DNA from: Cyanophora paradoxa CCMP329
Lineage: Eukaryota > Plantae > Glaucophyta
DNA: 64,000 nt
Assembly (NCBI GenBank): GCA_004431415.1
Contig: QPMI01000522.1
Span: 272,042-336,041, forward strand
Direction of reading: 5' to 3'
Shown here: positions 36,871-46,700 of the stretch, in pieces
Numbering within the stretch: the stretch's first letter is position 1
How the letters are laid out: each line of letters opens with the position of its first letter
Program-made: the position numbers and the translations under genes
Notes under the pieces: generated by a model
Told to the model about the DNA's origin: nothing
Seen by the model: only the letters and a program-made list of their open reading frames with translations
The model's database searches: none

Positions 36871-37940
36871 ATGTCGATTCCCGCTGAGCTTGCCGAGGAC
36901 TTCGCCTTTGTCCAAGCAACGTGGGCTAACTCCGGTGGCACTCAAGGGGCTACCCCTGAGATGGAGCAGCGCGCCGACGCTCTGGGGTACATCTACAATT
37001 ATGCCATCTTACGCGCCACTGGCCCCGAAGTGCAACTTCTCCCCAAGTCCGCCTTCACGTCCAAGGCCAAGAAATCCAAGTCCAAGCAACCCAAGCCCGA
37101 GCCCCCCGTCGACGTGCCCCCCGTCCCCGGCTGGGTCAAGACCGCCAACGGCTGGGGCGACCCCAAGCTTTTCGCCGAGTCTGCTGCCGAGACGCTCGCC
37201 TGGGCCTACCCCCTCAAGTCTTCACGAATTACCCCCCTCCGTCATCGTCGTCATCTGCCCCTCAGCCCGTCGCCGAGCCCGCCCCCGAGCCCGCCGATGA
37301 CGCCAAGTCCGAGGCCTCTGACGTCGAGTCTGACATCAACGACTTCATCGACTTTGACGTGCCGATTCCATACGACTCTGAGTCGTCTTCTGACTCTGAA
37401 GGCGACAACGAAAACCCGACTCGCAAGCGCCGCATTATCAAGACCAAGTCAATCGTCAAGAAGAAGTTCATGGAGACTACGTCATTCACCGACAACTCCG
37501 AGCGCGTCAAGGACCCCGCCAAGGCACACGAGAAGGACTTGAAGCTCGGCGCCGGCATTGCCCGTTCTCGCGTGACGTCACACTACAGCGAGCGCCTGAC
37601 TCAGCACGTCAAGACCATTGAGAAGCGCGTCCTCTGCAACGAGCTCCGCAAGGAGTTGGAGCGCAAGCGGCGCCACGAGCGCCTTGTCCAGTACCAGATC
37701 AACAAGGCGCGGATCGCCGAGCGCAAGCAGAAGGAGGCGGCCGAGCTCAAGGCGCGCATCGAGGCTCAGCAGCAGCGCGAGGCAGAGGCGGCAGCGGCCT
37801 TGGCGGCGCAGCGCGAGCGCGAGCGGCAGGACTTGGTGCAGGCAGCGCAGTCCCTTCCCCGCATTCCCCTTAAGTCGGCGCCCGAGGGCCTCATTGAGTT
37901 GGTTTCCGATGACGATGACTCTGACTTTGAGATGCTGTAA
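36871..37940 (+). CDS. Viral hypothetical acidic/basic coiled-coil protein (one frameshift at C-run ~37210)
   Basis: One added C joins MSIPAELAEDF...WAYP to PQVFTNYPPP...EGLIELVSDDDDSDFEML*; NLS-like RKRR; C-terminal SIM-like IELVSDDDD. Confidence 0.65.
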
Positions 37941-37998
37941 ATAGTATTGCGTCATTCCATTGTACATACTTGTAAAAATTGGCCGACTATTCAGTTAC

Positions 37999-38130
37999 GA
38001 CTTGGCGCGATCCTGGGACTTGGGACTTGGGACTTGGGACTTGGGACTTGGGACTTGGGACTTGGGAAGAGTTAGACTCAGGGTCTGGGCCCAGAATCTC
38101 TCTGGATCTGAGAGTTTGCCGCGCCAAGTC
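37999..38130 (+). repeat. (TGGGACT)7 box 2, bracketed by an 11-bp perfect inverted repeat
   Basis: GACTTGGCGCG (37999-38009) and CGCGCCAAGTC (38120-38130); flank AAGAGTTAGACTCAGGGTCTGGGCCCA homologous to box 1. Confidence 0.9.
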
Positions 38131-38353
38131 CCTAACCACCGGGCAGACATGTAGAGGGGTACGGAAATCTGCATATGACGTTTCTGGTGACATTCCAGGT
38201 GAGATTTCAAGCGAGGTAGAGTCTGAACTGGTGTACGACTTGTAGCATGATACTGGACATGAAAGCTCACGAGAGTATGCAACCGAAAACGGATGTGAAG
38301 AGGGGTAGGAGTTTTCGTGTGAGATGTCGAGAGAAGGAGGGTACGAGATGGGA

Positions 38354-38400
38354 TACGAGTAAAAAAGACTACGAGTAAAAAGACTACGAGTAAAAAAGAG
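38354..38400 (+). repeat. Three direct repeats TACGAGTAAAAA(A)GA
   Basis: Copies at 38354, 38370 and 38385 in the purine-rich spacer between boxes 2 and 3. Confidence 0.85.
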
Positions 38401-38477
38401 TATGAGGAGTGGTAGGAGTAAAAAAGTCGGTAGAAAAACTCACCTGACTTGTCTGACAAATTTCTGATCCTGGAGAA

Positions 38478-38591
38478 AGTCTGGGCCGGGACCTGGGTTT
38501 CAACTCTTCCCAAGTCCCAAGTCCCAAGTCCCAAGTCCCAAGTCCCAAGTCCCAAGTCCCAAGTCCCAAGTCCCAAGTCCCAAGTCCCAGG
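38478..38591 (-). repeat. (TGGGACT)11 box 3, inverted relative to boxes 1 and 2
   Basis: (CAAGTCC)11 at 38511-38587; reverse-complement flank AAGAGTTGAAACCCAGGTCCCGGCCCA. Confidence 0.9.
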
Positions 38592-38612
38592 TTTTTCTGA
38601 ACCTAGGGCAAA

Positions 38613-38978
38613 ATGGCCCTGCTCCGGTGCACCGACTCGCAAGACGTCGCCTACAACGTCCTGGTCAACTCGGACGTACCCCCGAGTGCCTTGGAGTTTC
38701 CCTGGAGAGTGGACAGGGACAGGGTGAGCAAGACGTTTGGAGGGCGCAAGCACTACCTCTCCCAGCTGATCCTCGGGAAGTCGCCACGTGGACGCTACGT
38801 GGAACACATCAACGGCAACCCGCTGGACTACAGGAGGGAGAACCTGCGCTGGGCATCAATGTCGGAGATTCGCAAGAAGAGGAGGGGGTACGCCAATTTA
38901 CAGGAGAAGAGCGAGGAGATTCGGGAGATGATGGAGGCGACACAGGTGCTAATGCAGCTTAGCCAGTCTAGACGCTAG
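38613..38978 (+). CDS. HNH endonuclease-like protein (HNH_3 type, degenerate)
   Basis: VEHINGNPLDYRRENLRW compared with the canonical VDHINGNxLDNRxxNLR. Confidence 0.8.
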   Translation: MALLRCTDSQDVAYNVLVNSDVPPSALEFPWRVDRDRVSKTFGGRKHYLSQLILGKSPRGRYVEHINGNPLDYRRENLRWASMSEIRKKRRGYANLQEKSEEIREMMEATQVLMQLSQSRR

Positions 38979-39780
38979 TGGTGTGAATCTTGGTGTCGTA
39001 CTCGCGACCGACCGTTTCCCAGGCCACGTAAACTTCGGCTCCGGCGCCTGGCGCTGTCGAGTTGGTAGTCGCAGTCGTGTAGTCCGCCTCTGCCTCAATT
39101 AGTTCGGCCATGAGGGTAGAGCCCACGACCATTCCAGAGGTAGGCATTCCGGCGATGTTGTTGTACAATTTGAAAGTGAATTTCGTGAAGAGGAGCCGGG
39201 GCCAGACCTGGGTACGGGGATTCGAGGCGCCGTATGAATAATCGGTACCCGAGGCGCCGCCCGTGGTGGCATTCGTCATCATCTCCTTTGCGGTCATCTT
39301 CCAGAGGTTGTACATCTCAAAGGGAACGGCCTGCGTGGTCTTGTGTGTGGCATCGATGAGGGCGCCATCTAAATGCGTTTTGATGTTCGGATTCGCACCA
39401 TTCCCGAATTTGCGAGTGAGGGCGGTGTTAGCGGTGAACTTGAGTTCGAGCACGCGAATGGCGGGCCGATCAGGCACAGAGGGCTCTATCTTTTTCAGGA
39501 GGCCCGAGAGCCAGAGCGCCTCCGCCTCATCCGCGCTCACGCCCGAGTCGATGTCAAAGTACACGTACACGGAGCAGGAGGCGGGATTCTCGAAATCGTT
39601 GGAGGTGACGCGCAACATGACGGGATTCTGGACCCTCACGGTGAGCGGGGTGGCGTAGTTTCCGTCCCACTCCACCTTGTCCGTCCCTGCGTTGGCCACG
39701 TTCCCAGCGTTGCCGTAGAAATCGGGGACGATCGAGCCGGCAGACACGGTCTTCACGATGGTGGCCGAGGTGGTCGGCAT
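38968..39780 (-). CDS. Viral beta-rich hypothetical (putative structural) protein, paralog A
   Basis: 270-aa intact ORF sharing QNPV, SGL.KK..P, R.LE.KF, PR..FT.F.F and G..L.AEL.E with its neighbour. Confidence 0.7.
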   Translation of the reverse strand: MPTTSATIVKTVSAGSIVPDFYGNAGNVANAGTDKVEWDGNYATPLTVRVQNPVMLRVTSNDFENPASCSVYVYFDIDSGVSADEAEALWLSGLLKKIEPSVPDRPAIRVLELKFTANTALTRKFGNGANPNIKTHLDGALIDATHKTTQAVPFEMYNLWKMTAKEMMTNATTGGASGTDYSYGASNPRTQVWPRLLFTKFTFKLYNNIAGMPTSGMVVGSTLMAELIEAEADYTTATTNSTAPGAGAEVYVAWETVGREYDTKIHTTSV

Positions 39781-39803
39781 TTTGCGACCTCAAATGAGAA
39801 AGA

Positions 39804-40483
39804 TTATCCGTGAAAGAGGGTGATGTCGCCACCGATGTTCATGACGCGGGCCCCAGGCACAGAGTCAGCGTCGGTGCCGTACGCGTAGGAAATCGAGCAC
39901 TCACGCAGCTCCGCGCAGAGGCTGGCGCCCGTGCTGAAGTGGGGCTGGTCGGCGGCGTAGGAGAGGGGAAGACCTGGAACCTGAAAAAGGTGAAGGGGAA
40001 GCGGGGTAGAGTCGAGCCGCGTGGGTTGCCGCCCGTGTAGAGGGCCCCCAGGGTCGCGGGACTTGGATTGAATTTCGTGAAGAGCACGTCGCCCTTGAGC
40101 GTACCCCTCATCTGGTAAGTTCCCGTACCCGGAAGATTCGAAGAACTGGGGTACCGGTTCACGGTGGGGCCGTACCCCGTCTCCCTGAACTTGACCTCGA
40201 GACAGCGCAAGACGTTGGCAGTGGCCGTGGCAGGTGCCACCTTTTTCACGAGTCCTGATTCGTGCAGCAGCTCGATAACCTCTGCGCTGAGGCTCAGAGG
40301 GTCGAAGAAGAGCTGGTAGGAATAAATCTTGGGCGTGGCGTAGGCGTTCTGAACGACCTGAATCACGACGGGATTCTGCAGAAAGACGTCGACGTAACTG
40401 CCGGAGGGTATGCGTGCGAAATCCTTGGTGTTGTTGCCAACGTCAAGTGAGCCGCTGAGGGTCTGGTACCAGTTGGAAGTCAT
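39804..40483 (-). CDS. Viral beta-rich hypothetical (putative structural) protein, paralog B (frameshift ~39965)
   Basis: One added base restores ...GASLCAELRECSISY...ITLFHG*, aligning with paralog A GSTLMAELIEAEADY. Confidence 0.7.
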
Positions 40484-40522
40484 TTACCCCGGGGCAGATA
40501 TTTTTTCGGATCGTAGAGGAAA

Positions 40523-42654
40523 ATGCCCCGCTTCGTATTCGTGAAAAAGCAGGTGGTGCAGGCTCCGCAGTATGGCGTGGAGCCGATCTCGCTGACTGTG
40601 GGCAGGCCCCAGGTGCGATCGGGCTCCGTGCTCAACAACGGGAACAGTACGTACGGCTTTCAGCTGAACTGGGTCGCGGTCACCAACGCCGTCAAGTACA
40701 AGGTGTACAGGGCGACCAGCATCAACGGCCCCTGGGATCTCGTGGCCACGGTGAATGCGCCAACCGTCACCTACACGGACTCTCCCTTTAGTTTGGGGCC
40801 CAGCGACTCTACCGCGTGGCGGCGGTTCGCGAACAGGGCAGCAGCAGCACGGGCTCTGATGGCAAAGCCCCGCCCACAACCTACGCACAGTCGCTTCTCT
40901 ACACCCACGAGGGTGCCATGAGCAATTACATTCTCTTCCAAGGCATAGGCGGCTTCAGCCCGCAGATCGAAGCCTACACCACGCTCACGACCGCCACGGC
41001 CCAGACCTACGGCGATTTTATTGCCGGGGCGGCCCCGCGTCTTCGGGCTTCCCGAAACCCGCCATAGTCGTCACAATCAACTGGGTGGCCATGGAGGGCG
41101 CGGACTCGATTCGAATTTACAGGAACGGTACGCCAATCGGATTTGCGAGCAGTGCCCTGTCTACCTCGTACATTGACGATAGCACTGCTCTTACGTGGGG
41201 CACGGAATACTCTTACCAGGTGGCCGGCATCGTGGGCGGTGTCGAATACGACAAGTCCGATCCGCTCCTGGTCTGGACTATGCCAAACGCCCCCACGAAC
41301 GTGACGGCATCAGCACCCAACGACCAGCAGCAGCCTGTCAGCCTCAGCTGGACTGCGTCCACGGGAGCGACGGGATACAAGATTTACAGAGACGGGGCCT
41401 ACCTCACAGACTCCGCGACCAACTCCTACAGCGACACGACCACCGTCTGGGGTACAGGGTACGAGTACCAGATCTCCGCGACGAACACGGGAGGGGAGGG
41501 GCCGAAGAGTATTGCGGCGTACGTCACCACGGACCCGGGGCGCCCACTGGGCTCACTGCAACCCCCGCGGCGGGGCAGCACAGCCTGTTGTGCTCGAGTG
41601 GTCGGTGCCGGTGACGGGCGTCACCGTCTCCTACAACATCTACAGGGTGGCGTGTTCCTTGCCAGCGACACGAGCAGCCCCTTTTCGGACACAACGACCG
41701 TTTACGGAACCACTTACACTTACACCATCAAGGGCGTCAACCAGATCGGCGAGGAAGGCCCTCAGTCCTCGTCTGCCAGTGCAACAACTGCAAACGCTCC
41801 TGTTTTGGGTACATTCTCCTACACCGGGGCCGACCAGACTTTCGTAGTACCAACGGGGACTGTGGCTGTGCGTGTCATCGTATGGGCGGCCGGGGTGGAG
41901 GCGGAGAACGCGCAGGTACGGGGGTCCGTGGAGGCGCGGGTGCTTGCGTAGTTGGTACATTGGCTGTGTCCTCGGGGAGACGCTCATCCTTGTTGTTGGA
42001 TGCGGCGGCCCAAAGGGTGTATCGGGGACTGCCACTGCTACCGTCTACGGAGGTGGTGGAAGGGGCTGGAGCCATAGCGTCGATCCGGAGTACAAAAACG
42101 GCGCCGGTGGTGGTCGTTCTGCAATTCAGCGCGTTGCAGGGACCGACTTGGTTGTTGCAGGGGCCGGAGGTGGGGTACATGTGATTCGAATGGCGGCGGG
42201 GAGTAGGCGGGGGTTGACCGGTGGTGCGGCTGGGTTGGTTGGAGTAACCGGAGAGATACCGGCTCAAGGAGGCACCCAAACCGCTGGCGGAGCCGGTGTT
42301 GTGGCCTCAGGGGCCAGGCCCAGCAACCCGGGAACTTTGCGCCAAGGTGGAGAGACTGGGCCTGATTCAAGCGGCTACAGGTTCGGTGGTGGTGGTGGTG
42401 GTGGTTACTTCGGTGGAGGCTCTGGGTCCAGCAGGAGCGGAGTGTCAGAGAACCCAATAGCAAGAATGTTTGGAGGTGGCGGTGGCTCGAGCTACATAGG
42501 AAACTTGACGGATGCTACGGTGTATCCTGGGTCCGGCCAGGTGGCAGGAAATAGCGGAGACGCTCACTACGCAGCAGGCATTGGTAGGGGCGGCAACGGT
42601 GGCTCGTCTTTCAGCGACGGTGGCAACGGTCGAATTGTGATACTCGCGGTGTAG
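40523..42654 (+). CDS. Fibronectin type III repeats plus C-terminal glycine-rich domain; putative fibre/adhesin (multiple homopolymer frameshifts)
   Basis: FN3 signatures LNWVAVTNAVKYKVYR, PNAPTNVTA..LSWTASTGATGYKIYRDG..YEYQISATN..GEGPKS; then FSYTGADQTFVVP..GETLILVVG..GGGGGGYFGGGSG..GGNGRIVI. Confidence 0.75.
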
Positions 42655-42674
42655 TTATTCCTAGTTGTTCCAGA

Positions 42675-43734
42675 TCAGCTCGCCAGTGCCGCTACCTGGT
42701 CTTTGAGAGTTTGAACTTCTTGTGAAAGTTCCTGAATTGCCTTCAACGACAGGGAAATGAGCCTGTCGTAGTTTACCCCGAGAAATCCATCCGCGTTCTC
42801 GAAAACGAGACTCGGGAAGACGCCTTGGACTTCCTGTGCGATGAGACCGTAATCCGTTTTCGAACCCCCGAGGATGTGTTCTTCCAGGTGAACGACACGG
42901 GATTCAGCTGCAGCAGAAGAGGGAGAATGCCCGACATGCTCGCGACATTTTCTTTCAGGCGGCTATCGCTCGACGAGTTTGTCAGGTATCCTTGAGCATC
43001 CGAATAAACGGCTCGGTTTCCATCGCCCGTGAGCGTCGAGACGATGAGCCGACCCGTGATGCCAACGCCGACGGTTCCGCACAGCAGTCGTTCGGTGCCG
43101 TTGTTTCTCAAGGATAGACCAGAGCTGACGCTTCCGCTATCAACGATTGAAGTGTTTGCTATGCTTAGGCCATTAGTAGGGCCTTCGATTGCCGAGGTAA
43201 ATAGAGTACCTGTAACACCAACGCCAAGAGTCCCACAGAGGAGTCTATCGTTTTCGTTGTACTTTATAGCTACGCCTGAACCACCGCCATTTATGTACGG
43301 TGACGTTCCGGTAATTTGCAGCTTATCGTCCAATGTAACGATGCCCGCCAAGTTTGAAGCCCCGCTCACCCTAAGCCCCCCCACCACGTTTGCTCCGCCT
43401 CCTTGCACATACAGAGCCGCATTCCCCTCCCCGTTCACAGTCCCATTAAAGGTCACCTGATTCGTGGTGTACCCGCTCCCGTCCCAGGCCCCGTTCGTGA
43501 CGGTGAGCCTCTGCGTCCTCACGCGCCCCGGCACGGCCGACCCGCCCTCCCGCGTGCGCATCTTGTCGCAGCGCAGCTCGCCGACGCGGACGAGGTCGGC
43601 CTCGGAAAAGGGGACGGCCGTGGCGTTGTAGGGGCCTCGGTGGCCTGGTTTCCGAGGGTGGTCTCCTTAATCGTGTGATCGCCCTTGTGATTCACGCTGG
43701 CAGCATAGGTAAATAGAGGGACAGCGACCGACAT
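42675..43734 (-). CDS. Fibre protein with C-terminal peptidase S74 intramolecular chaperone (2 frameshifts)
   Basis: SSDSRLKENV...LNPVSFTWK, then after a +1 correction DYGLIAQEVQGVFPSLV...GVNYDRLISLSLKAIQEL plus coiled coil. Confidence 0.85.
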
Positions 43735-43758
43735 TTTTGGATTGCATCAGAAAATCGA

Positions 43759-46700
43759 TTACATAAGCAGCTTGCCGATCGCGGTCCAATGAATAAAAAG
43801 CTGGACAATTTGGGTGGGCGTGACCGTCATTCTGGGTTGGAATCTCACTTTAACTGTAAAGCCAGTGTGACTCACCGCCGTGACGTTGGCCCCGTAGAAA
43901 TCGACATCCGTGCTGCCGCCGGGATTGATGTCGAACGAGGGGTTACGTTAATAACCGGCGTTGGGTTTGCTGGGGTCCCCAGTCCGCCTCCAGTGTCGTA
44001 CGCCTGTCCGAATGTAATGTTGAACGTCACCGTGTATGTTGAATTGATGTTAAACTCCGTGTACGCAGCGTAGGAGTGGAAGGACGTGCCGTGCGTTATG
44101 TACGCATCCATGTTCACGTTTCTGTGCCCGTGGCTGGTGAGCGAGTACTCTGTGTGACTGTGCGTAGAGGGTGGGAAGGAAGTGGGTCGGTCGATGACAT
44201 TATCCCAGTACACATTGTGACTGTGTGTAGAGGGGGGGAAGGTAAGTGGCTTGCCCGTTACGTTGTCCCAATCCACGGAGATGTTCGTCAAGTCCGGGGC
44301 CGTCCAGTCGCTGATCTGAGAGATGGTGTGCTGGTGGTCTGCGTGGGGATACGTACTCGGCTTCCCCGTGATGCTATCCCACGCCCACGTTGTTGGTATC
44401 ACGGGTATCGTCGGCCTCCCGCTGAGATCTGCATACGCCCCCGTGTGTGCCACCGTCGCCAGCTGCGGCACGGCAACGCCCACGGTGCTCACGGCCTGGC
44501 TCGCCCCCGGCGCCATGTGCCACTCGTAGTTCTGCGATGCAAACACGGGCTGGCCTGGCTCGGGCGCCCAGTACTCGATGCCTTTGGCGATCTTCTTGGT
44601 GTATGGTGCTGCAGGCCTGTCAACCAATTTATCGACGTAGGCCTTGGGTACCAGCCAGTTTGCCTTGGGGCTCTGCGAATTGATCCCGTTGTCTATGAAG
44701 GCCCCGTAATTCCTGAAGGCCTCGGCCTCCCACCAATCCTGCATGCGGAAGGTCCCGGGAATCTCGAGGCGCGAGTTGGCGTCCGCCAGGCGGGCCACCT
44801 GCGCCCCTCCGTTCGACGAGACGCCCGAGTGACGGATGGCCGAGCCGAATTCGCGCCTTAGGGCTTCGATGTGATTGATCCTGTTGAGGCCCTCCTGGTA
44901 GACGGCAATTAAGACGCGCTTCCGCCCCTTGGTCTCCTCCTTTATCATCTGCTTCAGGTCGCGCATAAGTCGACTCAGGGCGAGCGAAGTCGACCCGAAG
45001 CCCTCCTGCATTTTAACGGTGAGCTGGGAGAGGAAGAGCACGGTCGCGCGATCGATTTCGAGCAGGGTCTTCTGGTCCTTGGGGGTACGGTAATCGTTGA
45101 TGCTGTTGTCGAGCGCGCGAATGAAGGCCTGCAGCTCCTTCGGCTCCTTGATTTCGTTTAACCGCAGCTCCTGGGCCAAGAGCGAGGCCATTTCGCGCGC
45201 CTCCGAGGGGTCGTACACACCCAAAAATCCGGAGCCCAGCTCGCCCTCCAGCCGATTAATTCGGTTGCGCAGCTGGCTCGCCTCGTCGCCCCACGTCTCG
45301 ACGCCCCAGTCGTAGATCTGTTGCGAGAGCTCCGCGATGAACTGTATGGTGTCGGTCGCCCAGTCGACGGGGTACTTGAAAAAGTTCTTCACGATTTCTT
45401 CCGCGCTGCGCCCGTTGATGATATCCACGATCACCTGCGCGATGGCGCCCGCGAGGATGGACAGGCCAAGTCCGCCCACCGTGCCGATCCTCATTTTCGT
45501 GAGGGCGCTCAGGGCGGACGACATGCCCGTCTGAAGGCCAAAAGAGCCGACCGTCATGATCATCTGATCGCGGAACGTATCGAAGAACTCGGCCTCCCCT
45601 ATCTTGCCCTGCGAGAGCGCCTGGTAGGCCGAGAGCAGGCCGCCCGCCGTCGCCAGCCCAAGGCCGGCCGCCGCCGCGCCCGCCCGCCGCATGGCCCGCG
45701 AGCCCGTACCCCCCAGCCCGGCGCCCACCAAGTCGATGCCCGCCCCCTGAAATAAATCGGCTGCCCCGAAAGACATGCCGTCGTTGTTCGCCGTACCCAT
45801 CGCGGAGAAGAGGGTCTCTGCGCTGAAGGCCTCCTTGGCCACCCCGGGCCGCCTGGCCCTCGGGCGCCCCAGGAAGGCGTCGCGCTGCTCTTTGGTGGTG
45901 AATCGCTCGAGGTCGAAATCGGCAAGGGCGTCGGCGGTGGCGCGGTTCCAGTCGCCGTAGGGCATGAGGGCGTTGCGCAGAATAACGTCCGAGTCGCCCA
46001 TCACGCGCCTGTCGAGCGTCTGAAATACGCCCTCGGAGGGCAGGCGAGCCGTGCCCGGGCGCATTTCCTCTACGGAAACGTCGTCCCTTTCCGCGAGGGT
46101 GATGTCGTCCGGGCTGGCCGAGCCCACGCCCGCGCCCTCGTCGGCGTAGGCCCTTCCCCTCCTTTTTAACAGTTGATTGGCCTCCCGTTTCAATGCTTGG
46201 TACTCTGTCTCTACCTTGGTCTTTCTTGCCTCTTCCTCTGCCGCCTTGCGCTCTGCGATCTTCCGCCTCTGCTCTTCTATCTCGGCGTTGCGTCTCGCCG
46301 CGTTCTCCTTGGCTTGCTGCTTCCGCTCTTCGATCACCCTGTTTGCGTACTCCTTGTCCGCTTGGGCCTTTCTGTAGCGCTCCTCGATCTGACTCTTGGC
46401 CTCGTCTCCTCTCTTCCTTAGATCGCCCATGAATGCCGTCGTATCTATGTGAATCTTGTATTTGGCGGGTGGGTGCTCACGTTTGAAGGCCTCCAGATCG
46501 CGCACCATGGCATCGTACTGCGCGAGCCCCTCCGCTGGAATGATGGCTCTTCGCATTTCCCAAAATTTGCTCAGCTTGCCCACGTAATCGACCATGGAGA
46601 GGTACGCGCTCTGTGCGCCCGCGCTCACCGTTTTCGGATTGGCTCGCAGCTCTGCCAAAAACTCCCCCTTTTGTATCCGGTACAGTGACCATTCGAGGGC

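Noticed and set aside
35945-38591. CRISPR array or canonical host telomere
   Set aside because: 7-bp units with no spacers and no cas genes; the unit is not TTAGGG or TTTAGGG, and the arrays are short, internal and share unique flanks.
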